From Escherichia coli (GTDB taxonomy: Bacteria; Pseudomonadota; Gammaproteobacteria; Enterobacterales; Enterobacteriaceae), in assembly GCF_003018255.1 (NCBI RefSeq), contig NZ_CP027440.1: a DNA stretch of 64,000 bases; one strand, written 5' to 3'. The notes beneath the pieces were generated by a model. The model made no database searches and was not told where the DNA came from. It was given only the letters and a program-made list of their open reading frames with translations. Below, piece by piece: positions 45,940 to 56,294 of the stretch (its first letter is position 1; every line of letters begins with the position of its first letter). The position numbers and the translations under genes were made by a program.

Positions 45940-47604
45940 ATGAGTGAGGCAGAAGCCCGCCCGACTAACTTTATTCGTCAGATCATCGATGAAGATCTGG
46001 CCAGTGGTAAGCACACCACAGTACACACCCGTTTCCCGCCGGAGCCGAATGGCTATCTGCATATTGGCCATGCGAAATCTATCTGCCTGAACTTCGGGAT
46101 CGCCCAGGACTATAAAGGCCAGTGCAACCTGCGTTTCGACGACACTAACCCGGTAAAAGAAGATATCGAGTATGTTGAGTCGATCAAAAACGACGTTGAG
46201 TGGTTAGGTTTTCACTGGTCTGGTAACGTCCGTTACTCCTCCGATTATTTTGATCAGCTCCACGCCTATGCGATCGAACTGATCAATAAAGGCCTGGCGT
46301 ACGTTGATGAACTGACACCGGAACAGATCCGCGAATACCGCGGCACCCTGACGCAGCCGGGTAAAAACAGCCCGTACCGCGACCGCAGCGTTGAAGAGAA
46401 CCTGGCGCTGTTCGAAAAAATGCGTACCGGTAGTTTTGAAGAAGGTAAAGCCTGCCTGCGTGCGAAAATCGACATGGCGTCGCCATTTATCGTAATGCGC
46501 GATCCGGTGCTGTACCGCATTAAATTTGCTGAACACCACCAGACTGGCAACAAGTGGTGCATCTACCCGATGTACGACTTCACCCACTGCATCAGCGATG
46601 CGCTGGAAGGTATTACGCACTCTCTGTGTACGCTTGAGTTCCAGGACAACCGCCGTCTGTACGACTGGGTACTGGACAACATCACCATTCCTGTTCACCC
46701 GCGCCAGTACGAATTCTCGCGCCTGAATCTGGAATACACTGTGATGTCCAAGCGTAAGCTGAACCTGCTGGTGACCGATAAGCACGTTGAAGGCTGGGAT
46801 GACCCGCGTATGCCGACCATTTCTGGTCTGCGTCGTCGTGGTTACACTGCGGCTTCTATTCGTGAGTTCTGCAAACGCATTGGTGTGACCAAGCAGGACA
46901 ACACCATTGAGATGGCGTCACTGGAATCCTGCATCCGTGAAGATCTCAACGAAAATGCCCCGCGCGCAATGGCGGTTATCGATCCGGTGAAACTGGTTAT
47001 CGAAAACTACCAGGGCGAAGGCGAAATGGTCACCATGCCGAACCATCCGAACAAACCGGAAATGGGTAGCCGTCAGGTGCCGTTTAGCTGTGAGATTTGG
47101 ATCGATCGCGCCGATTTCCGCGAAGAAGCTAACAAGCAGTACAAACGTCTGGTGTTGGGTAAAGAAGTGCGTCTGCGTAATGCTTACGTGATTAAGGCAG
47201 AACGCGTCGAGAAAGATGCCGAAGGTAATATCACCACCATCTTCTGTACTTATGACGCCGACACCTTAAGCAAAGATCCGGCAGATGGTCGTAAAGTGAA
47301 AGGTGTTATTCACTGGGTGAGCGCGGCACATGCGCTGCCGGTTGAAATCCGTTTGTATGACCGTCTGTTCAGCGTGCCTAACCCAGGTGCTGCGGATGAT
47401 TTCCTGTCGGTGATTAACCCGGAATCGCTGGTGATCAAACAGGGTTTCGCTGAACCGTCGCTGAAAGACGCGGTAGCGGGTAAAGCATTCCAGTTTGAGC
47501 GTGAAGGTTATTTCTGCCTCGACAGCCGCCATTCCACTGCCGAAAAACCGGTATTTAACCGCACCGTAGGGCTGCGTGATACCTGGGCGAAAGTAGGCGA
47601 GTAG
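45940..47604 (+). CDS. glnS: glutaminyl-tRNA synthetase GlnS (554 aa)
   Basis: ORF track; HIGH motif (PNGYLHIGH) and VMSKR. Confidence 0.96.
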   Translation: MSEAEARPTNFIRQIIDEDLASGKHTTVHTRFPPEPNGYLHIGHAKSICLNFGIAQDYKGQCNLRFDDTNPVKEDIEYVESIKNDVEWLGFHWSGNVRYSSDYFDQLHAYAIELINKGLAYVDELTPEQIREYRGTLTQPGKNSPYRDRSVEENLALFEKMRTGSFEEGKACLRAKIDMASPFIVMRDPVLYRIKFAEHHQTGNKWCIYPMYDFTHCISDALEGITHSLCTLEFQDNRRLYDWVLDNITIPVHPRQYEFSRLNLEYTVMSKRKLNLLVTDKHVEGWDDPRMPTISGLRRRGYTAASIREFCKRIGVTKQDNTIEMASLESCIREDLNENAPRAMAVIDPVKLVIENYQGEGEMVTMPNHPNKPEMGSRQVPFSCEIWIDRADFREEANKQYKRLVLGKEVRLRNAYVIKAERVEKDAEGNITTIFCTYDADTLSKDPADGRKVKGVIHWVSAAHALPVEIRLYDRLFSVPNPGAADDFLSVINPESLVIKQGFAEPSLKDAVAGKAFQFEREGYFCLDSRHSTAEKPVFNRTVGLRDTWAKVGE

Positions 47605-47619
47605 TTTTAAGTTCTACCA

Positions 47620-47650
47620 GGCCGGGTGAGGCATTTACGCCACATCCGGC
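47620..47650. repeat. REP element downstream of glnS
   Basis: Minus-strand gccggatgtggcgtaaatgcctcacccggcc closely matches the REP consensus. Confidence 0.7.
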
Positions 47651-47671
47651 AAGAAATATGCAAACAATCCC

Positions 47672-47699
47672 AAACGCCGCGCTCTGCGGCGTTTTTTTT
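47672..47699 (+). terminator. intrinsic terminator of glnS
   Basis: acgccgc (47674-47680) gctct gcggcgt (47686-47692) then T8. Confidence 0.8.
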
Positions 47700-48033
47700 C
47701 TGCTTTTCTTCGCGAATTAATTCCGCTTCGCAATTTATCCATAAAACAAATTTAAAATCACAAACCATAATTAAATAAAATGTAACCGTTTTCATCTTAC
47801 TGGAAATTCACGCTTTTATTCTTCTGCAAGCCTTTCAACTGCAAACTTAAGCCTTGTAACAAAAATCATCAAAATATGTGCGGTTGCTCATGTTCTTACA
47901 TTCTGGTTACAGAAAGAGATTGATAATTCGCGTCGCGAAAAATAGTCTGTTCCTGTAGTCAGCGAGACTTTTCTCAACGCTACTTTTTTAATTTTTATTT
48001 TTTTCGCTGTTCACCTTTGGTGCAGCAATTTAT

Positions 48034-48046
48034 ACGTCAAAGAGGA
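48034..48046 (+). promoter_or_regulatory. ChiX sRNA pairing site at the chiP ribosome-binding region
   Basis: ACGTCAAAGAGGA 8 nt upstream of the chiP ATG, complementary to the CCUCUUUGACG segment of ChiX as I recall it. Confidence 0.55.
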
Positions 48047-48053
48047 TTAACCC

Positions 48054-49460
48054 ATGCGTACGTTTAGTGGCAAACGTAGTACGCTGGCGCTGGCTATCGC
48101 CGGTGTTACAGCAATGTCGGGCTTTATGGCAATGCCGGAGGCTCGCGCCGAAGGATTCATCGACGATTCAACCTTAACCGGCGGTATCTATTACTGGCAG
48201 CGTGAACGCGACCGTAAAGATGTTACCGACGGCGACAAATACAAAACCAACCTTTCTCACTCCACCTGGAATGCCAACCTCGATTTTCAGTCCGGTTATG
48301 CTGCTGATATGTTCGGCCTTGATATTGCTGCGTTTACGGCGATTGAAATGGCGGAAAACGGTGACAGCTCTCACCCGAACGAAATCGCGTTTTCAAAAAG
48401 CAATAAAGCCTATGACGAAGACTGGTCCGGCGACAAAAGCGGTATAAGCCTGTATAAAGCAGCGGCCAAATTTAAATACGGTCCGGTGTGGGCGAGGGCA
48501 GGTTACATTCAGCCAACTGGTCAGACGCTGTTAGCGCCGCACTGGAGCTTTATGCCGGGTACTTATCAGGGGGCGGAAGCCGGGGCGAATTTTGATTACG
48601 GCGATGCTGGTGCGTTGAGTTTCTCCTACATGTGGACCAACGAATACAAAGCACCGTGGCATCTCGAAATGGATGAGTTTTATCAGAACGATAAAACTAC
48701 CAAAGTTGATTATCTGCACTCCATCGGTGCGAAGTACGACTTCAAAAATAACTTTGTACTGGAAGCGGCATTTGGTCAGGCGGAAGGGTATATAGATCAA
48801 TATTTTGCCAAAGCCAGCTACAAATTTGATATCGCCGGTAGCCCGTTAACCACCAGCTACCAGTTCTACGGTACGCGCGATAAAGTTGACGATCGCAGCG
48901 TCAACGACATTTACGACGGCACTGCCTGGCTGCAAGCGTTGACCTTTGGTTACCGGGCGGCTGATGTAGTGGATTTGCGTCTGGAAGGCACCTGGGTTAA
49001 AGCCGACGGTCAGCAGGGATACTTCCTGCAACGTATGACTCCAACCTACGCTTCCTCGAACGGTCGCCTGGATATCTGGTGGGATAACCGTTCTGACTTC
49101 AACGCCAACGGCGAAAAAGCGGTCTTCTTCGGTGCGATGTATGACCTGAAAAACTGGAATCTTCCAGGCTTCGCCATCGGCGCTTCCTACGTTTACGCAT
49201 GGGATGCTAAACCTGCGACCTGGCAGAGCAATCCGGATGCGTACTACGACAAAAACCGGACTATTGAAGAGTCTGCCTACAGCCTGGATGCGGTGTACAC
49301 CATTCAGGACGGTCGCGCCAAAGGCACGATGTTCAAACTGCACTTCACCGAATACGACAACCACTCCGACATCCCAAGCTGGGGCGGCGGTTACGGTAAC
49401 ATCTTCCAGGATGAGCGCGACGTGAAATTTATGGTAATCGCACCATTCACCATCTTCTGA
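48054..49460 (+). CDS. chiP: chitoporin ChiP/YbfM (468 aa)
   Basis: ORF track; signal peptide, OprD-like outer-membrane porin. Confidence 0.93.
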   Translation: MRTFSGKRSTLALAIAGVTAMSGFMAMPEARAEGFIDDSTLTGGIYYWQRERDRKDVTDGDKYKTNLSHSTWNANLDFQSGYAADMFGLDIAAFTAIEMAENGDSSHPNEIAFSKSNKAYDEDWSGDKSGISLYKAAAKFKYGPVWARAGYIQPTGQTLLAPHWSFMPGTYQGAEAGANFDYGDAGALSFSYMWTNEYKAPWHLEMDEFYQNDKTTKVDYLHSIGAKYDFKNNFVLEAAFGQAEGYIDQYFAKASYKFDIAGSPLTTSYQFYGTRDKVDDRSVNDIYDGTAWLQALTFGYRAADVVDLRLEGTWVKADGQQGYFLQRMTPTYASSNGRLDIWWDNRSDFNANGEKAVFFGAMYDLKNWNLPGFAIGASYVYAWDAKPATWQSNPDAYYDKNRTIEESAYSLDAVYTIQDGRAKGTMFKLHFTEYDNHSDIPSWGGGYGNIFQDERDVKFMVIAPFTIF

Positions 49461-49509
49461 TGCCCGACGCGGCAGGTTTTGTGCCTGCCGCACATTTGAG
49501 GAATTTGCT

Positions 49510-49836
49510 ATGAAAAAACTGATTCTCATCGCCATGATGGCATCGGGGCTGGTAGCTTGTGCGCAATCAACCGCACCGCAGGAAGACAGTCGTCTGAAAG
49601 AGGCTTACAGCGCCTGTATCAACACCGCGCAAGGTTCGCCGGAAAAAATTGAAGCCTGCCAGAGCGTGTTAAACGTGCTGAAGAAAGAGAAACAACATCA
49701 GCAGTTTGCCGAGCAGGAAAGTGTCCGCGTACTGGATTATCAGCAGTGTATTCAGGCAACGCAAACCGGAAATGATCAGGCGGTGAAAGCCGATTGTGAT
49801 AAGGTCTGGCAGGAAATTCGCAGTAATAACAAATAA
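49510..49836 (+). CDS. chiQ: lipoprotein ChiQ/YbfN (108 aa)
   Basis: ORF track; lipobox LVAC. Confidence 0.9.
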   Translation: MKKLILIAMMASGLVACAQSTAPQEDSRLKEAYSACINTAQGSPEKIEACQSVLNVLKKEKQHQQFAEQESVRVLDYQQCIQATQTGNDQAVKADCDKVWQEIRSNNK

Positions 49837-49876
49837 GTGAGAGCTGTAACTCTCGCTTTTCTTATTTCCCTTGTAT

Positions 49877-49904
49877 AAAAAAGCCAACCTGCAGGTTGGC
49901 TTTT
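49877..49904. terminator. intrinsic terminator between convergent chiQ and fur
   Basis: Perfect 20-nt palindrome agccaacctgcaggttggct (49882-49901) flanked by an A-run and a T-run. Confidence 0.8.
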
Positions 49905-49919
49905 CTCGTTCAGGCTGGC

Positions 49920-50366
49920 TTATTTGCCTTCGTGCGCGTGCTCATCTTCGCGGCAATCGCCTTCGGCACAGTGACCGTAAAGATAGAGACTGTGGTTAGT
50001 CAGGCGAATGCCATGTTTTGCGGCGATTTCACGCTGACGCGCTTCGATGGAATCATCACTAAATTCGATAACCTTGCCGCAGTCGAGGCAGATCAGGTGA
50101 TCGTGGTGATGTTGCTGTGTCAGTTCAAATACGGATTTACCGCCTTCAAAATTGTGGCGGGTGACGATACCAGCATCGTCAAACTGGTTCAGTACGCGAT
50201 ATACCGTAGCCAGACCAATTTCTTCACCCATATCGATCAGACGTTTGTATAAATCTTCCGCACTGACGTGATGGTTGTCCGGCTCCTGAAGAACTTCCAG
50301 GATTTTTAAACGAGGAAGCGTTACTTTCAGGCCAGCTTTCTTTAGGGCGGTATTGTTATCAGTCAT
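49920..50366 (-). CDS. fur: ferric uptake regulator Fur (148 aa)
   Basis: ORF track; MTDNNTALKKAGLKVTLPRLKILEVL. Confidence 0.97.
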   Translation of the reverse strand: MTDNNTALKKAGLKVTLPRLKILEVLQEPDNHHVSAEDLYKRLIDMGEEIGLATVYRVLNQFDDAGIVTRHNFEGGKSVFELTQQHHHDHLICLDCGKVIEFSDDSIEARQREIAAKHGIRLTNHSLYLYGHCAEGDCREDEHAHEGK

Positions 50367-50445
50367 GCGGAATCTGTCCTGTTACTAAGCGGTTCACTTC
50401 ATTAGGAGAAGTGACAGAATTTGCTCTTGAGATAATGCGTATCAT
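50359..50445 (-). CDS. uof: uof, 28-codon leader ORF translationally coupled to fur
   Basis: MIRIISRANSVTSPNEVNRLVTGQIPHD; its stop TGA overlaps the fur ATG (ATGACTGA). Confidence 0.75.
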   Translation of the reverse strand: MIRIISRANSVTSPNEVNRLVTGQIPHD

Positions 50446-50448
50446 TAT
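50431..50448. promoter_or_regulatory. Fur-box-like palindrome overlapping the uof start
   Basis: gataatgcgtatcattat; mRNA sense ATAATGATACGCATTATC versus consensus GATAATGATAATCATTATC. Confidence 0.55.
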
Positions 50449-50624
50449 AGAATTGCCACGCCTAAATGAAAACCACAAGTCCCTGGCAAATATTGTTAAT
50501 AAAAACGTGGCACAGCTTACATTTACAACGGCAAGGCCACTTGAACACCGGGACATTGTACAGGTACAACAGCAAAAGTTACAAATTTGTAGCAATTATT
50601 TTGATTGGCATTATCTATTAATAC

Positions 50625-50646
50625 GGCGTAGACATGAGTCTACGCC
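50625..50646 (-). other. stem-loop just downstream of fldA
   Basis: ggcgtagac atga gtctacgcc, 9-bp stem, no clear U-tract. Confidence 0.5.
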
Positions 50647-50654
50647 GCATCACA

Positions 50655-51185
50655 TCAGGCATTGAGAATTTCGTCGAGATGCAGCTCTTCAGAAATTTGT
50701 TTAACCCATTTTTCTACACGTTCAGCAGTCAGTTCCGGCTGACGATCTTCGTCGATAGCCAGACCGACAAAGTGGTCATCATCAGCCAGACCTTTTGACG
50801 CTTCGAAGTGGTAGCCCGCGGTTGGCCAGTGACCAACGATAGTTGCGCCGCGCGGTTCAATGATGTCGCGGATGGTGCCTAATGCATCGCAGAAGTATTC
50901 TGCGTAATCTTCCTGGTCGCCACAACCAAACAGCGCAACCAGTTTACCATTGAAATCAATCTCTTCGAGAGTCGGGAAGAAGTCATCCCAGTCACACTGC
51001 GCTTCGCCGTAATACCAGGTTGGGATGCCCAGCAGCAGAATGTCATATGCTTCCAGATCTTCTTTGCTGCTTTTTGCAATGTCATGGACATCGGCAACGT
51101 CTTTACCAAGCTGTTTTTGAATCATTTTTGCGATATTTTCGGTATTACCGGTGTCGCTGCCGAAAAAGATGCCAGTGATAGCCAT
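50655..51185 (-). CDS. fldA: flavodoxin 1 FldA (176 aa)
   Basis: Track ORF is N-extended; known start [16 protein letters not shown] at 51185. Confidence 0.95.
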
Positions 51186-51324
51186 GAGTGAAATAACCTC
51201 TTGAAACTTATTGAAATGGGGGTGGAAAATTGCCCACGGATAAAGGCAATCATAGCAGAACAGGCAGTCTTGCGGAATCAGCAAACGAGCAGGACTGCAC
51301 ACTGTGCTACATGAAAGTGGAAAT

Positions 51325-51618
51325 TTAAACGATGCCCTGACTACGCAGCGCCGCCAGTTGCTGCATTAACATCTCTTCGATCAGCTCGCTACGGCTCATA
51401 TTGCGCGATTCCGCCAGCTCGTTCAGTGCCTCGACAGCTTCCGCGTTCAGCTTCAGTTCGACACGCTTAAGGCCACGTACTTTGTCGCGTTTTAGTTGGT
51501 TGCGTTTATTAATACGCAGCTGCTCATCGCGCGAAAGCGGATTAGTTTTCGGTCGTCCCGGTCGACGCTCGTGCGCGAACAGATCTAATGTCGTACGGTC
51601 CGTTTGTTCTTTGGCCAT
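51325..51618 (-). CDS. ybfE: YbfE (97 aa); start uncertain
   Basis: Known protein begins [14 protein letters not shown]; an in-frame ATG at 51687 would give 120 aa; neither start has a good SD. Confidence 0.7.
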   Translation of the reverse strand: MAKEQTDRTTLDLFAHERRPGRPKTNPLSRDEQLRINKRNQLKRDKVRGLKRVELKLNAEAVEALNELAESRNMSRSELIEEMLMQQLAALRSQGIV

Positions 51619-51757
51619 GATCTTGGTGACTTCGGGGGAAACAATCAGCCAGGCGCCTGCCCGGATGGATAGCGCGCCATAATACATCAGCGCGATGAGT
51701 CACGCCAACGTCCACGCGCGGAAAGCGACGCGGACGCTGGGTTTTTAATCAGTTGCG

Positions 51758-52522
51758 TTAATCATTGAGATAGCGACGGATAGCGCGTAATACCGCATCC
51801 GGTTTTTCAGCATGGACCCAGTGACCCGCGCCTGCAATCACATGCGCCCGAGCCTGTGGAAATTGTGCCAGTAAATCATCACGGTACTGCTCGCTAACAT
51901 ACGGAGAATTGCCGCCAGGGATAAACAGGGTAGGATGATCCCATGCCGGGATTTTCTCCCAACCCACAATATGCGGATACTGATCCCACAATACTGGCAC
52001 GTTAAAGCGCCACTCCCCGTCAACAAAAGATTTCAACAGAAACTGAATCACCCCTTCTTCATTAAGATGCTGGCGCATTATTGCCGCTGCTTGCTGGCGT
52101 GTTTGTGCGTCTGATTCACTGACTGCGTTGATGGCCGCGAAAATCTCATCATGACGGCGAACGTGATAATCGACCGGCGCAATATCAATCGCCACCAGCT
52201 TGTCAATGCGATCGGGGGCTAGTGCAGTAAGAGCCATTACCGCTTTACCGCCCATGGAGTGACCGATAAATGTTGCTTTGTCGATCTGCTGTGCATCCAG
52301 GGTATCAACAAGATCCTGCGCCATCGCCGGGTAATTCATTACCGGATCTCTCGGTGAAAGACCGTGGTTACGCATATCAACCTGGATGATATTGTGATCG
52401 TTTACCAGATCGCGAGCCAGTACGCCAAGGTTGTCGAGGCTGCCAAACAGACCATGGACAAGAACGATGGGAGAATTATTGTGCTGGTTTTGTGCAGTTT
52501 GCGCGCGGATATTCAATTTCAT
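51758..52522 (-). CDS. ybfF: esterase YbfF (254 aa)
   Basis: ORF track; alpha/beta-hydrolase GHSMGG. Confidence 0.93.
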   Translation of the reverse strand: MKLNIRAQTAQNQHNNSPIVLVHGLFGSLDNLGVLARDLVNDHNIIQVDMRNHGLSPRDPVMNYPAMAQDLVDTLDAQQIDKATFIGHSMGGKAVMALTALAPDRIDKLVAIDIAPVDYHVRRHDEIFAAINAVSESDAQTRQQAAAIMRQHLNEEGVIQFLLKSFVDGEWRFNVPVLWDQYPHIVGWEKIPAWDHPTLFIPGGNSPYVSEQYRDDLLAQFPQARAHVIAGAGHWVHAEKPDAVLRAIRRYLND

Positions 52523-52706
52523 GGCAAAGTTCTTTTTTTCGCGTTGTCGGGTTAGGGTATTATGTTGACCATTGTGCCACAGGGCTGCAACAAATAAGGT
52601 TTATTCCGAGTTTTTCTGCAAGCCAGGCTTGACGCTATCCGCTGCCGGGATTTATTCATATACTCCTGGCGACTTGTATTCAGCTAAGACACTGCACTGG
52701 ATTAAG

Positions 52707-53252
52707 ATGAAAACGATTGAAGTTGATGATGAACTCTACAGCTATATTGCCAGCCACACTAAGCATATCGGCGAGAGCGCATCCGACATTTTACGGCGTA
52801 TGTTGAAATTTTCCGCCGCATCACAGCCTGCTGCTCCGGTGACGAAAGAGGTTCGCGTTGCGTCACCTGCTATCGTCGAAGCGAAGCCGGTCAAAACGAT
52901 TAAAGACAAGGTTCGCGCAATGCGTGAACTTCTGCTTTCGGACGAATACGCAGAGCAAAAGCGAGCGGTCAATCGCTTTATGCTGCTGTTGTCTACACTA
53001 TATTCTCTTGACGCCCAGGCGTTTGCCGAAGCAACGGAATCGTTGCACGGTCGTACACGCGTTTACTTTGCGGCAGATGAACAAACGCTGCTGAAAAATG
53101 GTAATCAGACCAAGCCGAAACATGTGCCTGGTACGCCGTATTGGGTGATCACCAACACCAACACCGGCCGTAAATGCAGCATGATCGAACACATCATGCA
53201 GTCGATGCAATTCCCGGCGGAATTGATTGAGAAGGTTTGCGGAACTATCTAA
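52707..53252 (+). CDS. seqA: replication-initiation negative modulator SeqA (181 aa)
   Basis: Track ORF is N-extended; known start [33 protein letters not shown] at 52707. Confidence 0.95.
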
Positions 53253-53277
53253 AACGTTGCAGACAAAGGACAAAGCA

Positions 53278-54918
53278 ATGGCAATCCACAATCGTGCAGG
53301 CCAACCTGCACAACAGAGTGATTTGATTAACGTCGCCCAACTGACGGCGCAATATTATGTACTGAAACCAGAAGCAGGGAATGCGGAGCACGCGGTGAAA
53401 TTCGGTACTTCCGGTCACCGTGGCAGTGCAGCGCGCCACAGCTTTAACGAGCCGCACATTCTGGCGATCGCTCAGGCAATTGCTGAAGAACGTGCGAAAA
53501 ACGGCATCACTGGCCCTTGCTATGTGGGTAAAGATACTCACGCCCTGTCCGAGCCTGCGTTCATTTCCGTACTGGAAGTGCTGGCAGCGAACGGCGTTGA
53601 TGTCATTGTGCAGGAAAACAATGGCTTCACTCCGACACCTGCCATTTCCAATGCCATTCTGGTTCACAATAAAAAAGGTGGCCCACTGGCAGACGGTATC
53701 GTGATTACACCGTCCCATAACCCGCCGGAAGATGGTGGTATCAAGTACAATCCGCCAAATGGTGGCCCGGCTGATACCAACGTCACTAAAGTGGTGGAAG
53801 ACAGAGCCAACGCACTGCTGGCTGATGGCCTGAAAGGCGTGAAGCGTATCTCCCTCGACGAAGCGATGGCATCCGGTCATGTGAAAGAGCAGGATCTGGT
53901 GCAGCCGTTTGTGGAAGGGCTGGCCGATATCGTTGATATGGCGGCGATTCAGAAAGCGGGCCTGACGCTGGGCGTTGATCCGCTGGGTGGTTCCGGTATC
54001 GAATACTGGAAGCGCATTGGCGAGTATTACAACCTCAACCTGACCATCGTTAACGATCAGGTCGATCAAACCTTCCGCTTTATGCACCTCGATAAAGACG
54101 GTGCGATCCGTATGGACTGCTCCTCCGAGTGTGCGATGGCGGGCCTGCTGGCACTGCGTGATAAGTTCGATCTGGCGTTTGCTAACGACCCGGATTATGA
54201 CCGTCACGGTATCGTCACTCCGGCAGGTTTGATGAATCCGAACCACTACCTGGCGGTGGCGATCAACTACCTGTTCCAGCATCGTCCGCAGTGGGGCAAA
54301 GATGTTGCTGTCGGTAAAACGCTGGTTTCATCTGCGATGATCGACCGTGTGGTCAATGATTTGGGCCGTAAGCTGGTAGAAGTACCGGTAGGTTTCAAAT
54401 GGTTTGTTGATGGTTTGTTCGATGGCAGCTTCGGCTTTGGCGGCGAAGAGAGTGCAGGCGCTTCCTTCCTGCGTTTCGACGGCACGCCGTGGTCCACCGA
54501 TAAAGACGGTATCATTATGTGTCTGCTGGCGGCGGAAATCACCGCTGTCACCGGTAAGAACCCGCAGGAACACTATAACGAACTGGCAAAACGCTTTGGT
54601 GCGCCGAGCTATAACCGTTTGCAGGCAGCAGCGACTTCCGCACAAAAAGCGGCGTTGTCTAAGCTGTCTCCGGAAATGGTGAGCGCCAGCACCCTGGCAG
54701 GTGACCCGATCACCGCGCGTCTGACGGCGGCACCGGGTAATGGCGCTTCTATCGGCGGTCTGAAAGTGATGACTGACAACGGCTGGTTCGCCGCGCGTCC
54801 GTCAGGCACGGAAGACGCATATAAGATCTACTGCGAAAGCTTCCTTGGTGAAGAACATCGCAAGCAGATTGAGAAAGAAGCGGTTGAGATTGTTAGCGAA
54901 GTTCTGAAAAACGCGTAA
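53278..54918 (+). CDS. pgm: phosphoglucomutase Pgm (546 aa)
   Basis: Track ORF is N-extended; known start [16 protein letters not shown]; active-site TSGHRG (TPSHNPP). Confidence 0.95.
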   Translation: MAIHNRAGQPAQQSDLINVAQLTAQYYVLKPEAGNAEHAVKFGTSGHRGSAARHSFNEPHILAIAQAIAEERAKNGITGPCYVGKDTHALSEPAFISVLEVLAANGVDVIVQENNGFTPTPAISNAILVHNKKGGPLADGIVITPSHNPPEDGGIKYNPPNGGPADTNVTKVVEDRANALLADGLKGVKRISLDEAMASGHVKEQDLVQPFVEGLADIVDMAAIQKAGLTLGVDPLGGSGIEYWKRIGEYYNLNLTIVNDQVDQTFRFMHLDKDGAIRMDCSSECAMAGLLALRDKFDLAFANDPDYDRHGIVTPAGLMNPNHYLAVAINYLFQHRPQWGKDVAVGKTLVSSAMIDRVVNDLGRKLVEVPVGFKWFVDGLFDGSFGFGGEESAGASFLRFDGTPWSTDKDGIIMCLLAAEITAVTGKNPQEHYNELAKRFGAPSYNRLQAAATSAQKAALSKLSPEMVSASTLAGDPITARLTAAPGNGASIGGLKVMTDNGWFAARPSGTEDAYKIYCESFLGEEHRKQIEKEAVEIVSEVLKNA

Positions 54919-54932
54919 ACATATCAAATAAG

Positions 54933-54963
54933 AAAAAGGGCGGTCGGAAGATCGCCCTTTTTT
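54933..54963. terminator. intrinsic terminator between convergent pgm and potE
   Basis: aagggcg (54936-54942) / cgccctt (54953-54959), T-run 54958-54963, A-run 54933-54937. Confidence 0.8.
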
Positions 54964-54974
54964 GCTTTGCTTAA

Positions 54975-56294
54975 TTAACCGTGTTTATTTTTCAGTTCAA
55001 AGCGTGGTGAGACCAGACCATACAGTGTCCAACCGAGGAAGGTCACGATGGAACCGTATAGCATGGCTTCTTCCCCGGATGAGTACAGCGCATAAAAGCT
55101 GTACATCGCGCCAACAAAAGCAACAAAGTTTGCAACTTTCGCTTTTGAGGGGGGCACATTAGCGACCTTCTGAATAATGACTAATGCCGCCATTGACAGA
55201 ATATACGGAATGATATTGGTCACCACGGCCAGGTTAACCAGCACGTTGAACTGACTGTTCAGCGACGGGCTAATGGTCATCAGTGATAATCCGCTCTGGA
55301 TGATGACAATGGTCAGCATTCCCTGTACTGGTGCATCGACTTTGCTCACACGGGAGAAAATTTTCGGGAAGTACCCTTCATCGGCAGAAGATTTAAACAC
55401 CTGGGCAATGGTGAACTGCCAGCCAAGCAGCGAACCGCAGCAGGACATCACCATCAGCGCCATAATGACTTTACCCACTTCCGGCGTGAACATCTGCGCG
55501 AAGGCCAGACCAAATGGTGCCGTTGAATTTGCCAGCTCCATATTTGGCACAATCCCGGCAATCACGTTGGTGGAGACGATATAAATCACCGCCGCACCTA
55601 ACGTACCGCCAAGAACTGCAATCGGCACGTTACGTTCCGGGTTTTCAACTACTTCGGCGTTGGCACAGGCTGACTCCAGACCGAGGAAAGCCCACAACGT
55701 CATGGCGATGGAAGAACCTACAGCGCTAAAGAACGGCACATGGTGCGGGTTCCATGAGTTAGCGTATAGCGTCGGGCTAAACCAGAACCAGCCGATAATG
55801 CACAGACCGACGACCGGAATAATGACCCCCCACACAGTAATGCTACTGATTTGCCCGGTAATGCGCGCACCACCAAAGTTAGCCACGGTACAAATCCACA
55901 GCACTCCGATGGTCGCAAGACCAATCTGCACTGGCGACAAACTCGCGCCGAGCAGTTCGGTGCCGTAACCAACCGCCGAAATAGCAATCGCGACGTTAGC
56001 AATCAGCAGCGAGACACCGTAGGTGTAGTTCGCCATAAAGTTCCCGGATTTACCGAAAGCATACTCCGCATAACCGCCCATACCGCCTGATTTACGGCTG
56101 AACATACCGCATTTTGCGAATGCCCATGCCAGTGCCATTGAGCCTACGGCTGTCACCAGCCAGGAGATAATTGAGATTGTCCCAACTTCGGCAAGCTTTG
56201 TCGGCAGCATGATGATACCGGAGCCCATCATGTTGACCATCGTCAGTATGGTTAACTGAACGACGCCCATCTTATTCGATTTAGCCTGACTCAT
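54975..56294 (-). CDS. potE: putrescine-ornithine antiporter PotE (439 aa)
   Basis: ORF track; APC-family transporter. Confidence 0.95.
   Translation of the reverse strand: MSQAKSNKMGVVQLTILTMVNMMGSGIIMLPTKLAEVGTISIISWLVTAVGSMALAWAFAKCGMFSRKSGGMGGYAEYAFGKSGNFMANYTYGVSLLIANVAIAISAVGYGTELLGASLSPVQIGLATIGVLWICTVANFGGARITGQISSITVWGVIIPVVGLCIIGWFWFSPTLYANSWNPHHVPFFSAVGSSIAMTLWAFLGLESACANAEVVENPERNVPIAVLGGTLGAAVIYIVSTNVIAGIVPNMELANSTAPFGLAFAQMFTPEVGKVIMALMVMSCCGSLLGWQFTIAQVFKSSADEGYFPKIFSRVSKVDAPVQGMLTIVIIQSGLSLMTISPSLNSQFNVLVNLAVVTNIIPYILSMAALVIIQKVANVPPSKAKVANFVAFVGAMYSFYALYSSGEEAMLYGSIVTFLGWTLYGLVSPRFELKNKHG

Noticed and set aside
49837-49866. Hairpin immediately after the chiQ stop as a separate feature
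   Set aside because: Plausible weak terminator (7-bp stem with one G-U pair) but redundant with the strong palindrome at 49877-49904; noted in findings, not called as a feature.
51619-51757. LexA box upstream of ybfE
   Set aside because: Searched for CTGT-N8-ACAG; no convincing match within about 140 bp upstream of either candidate start.
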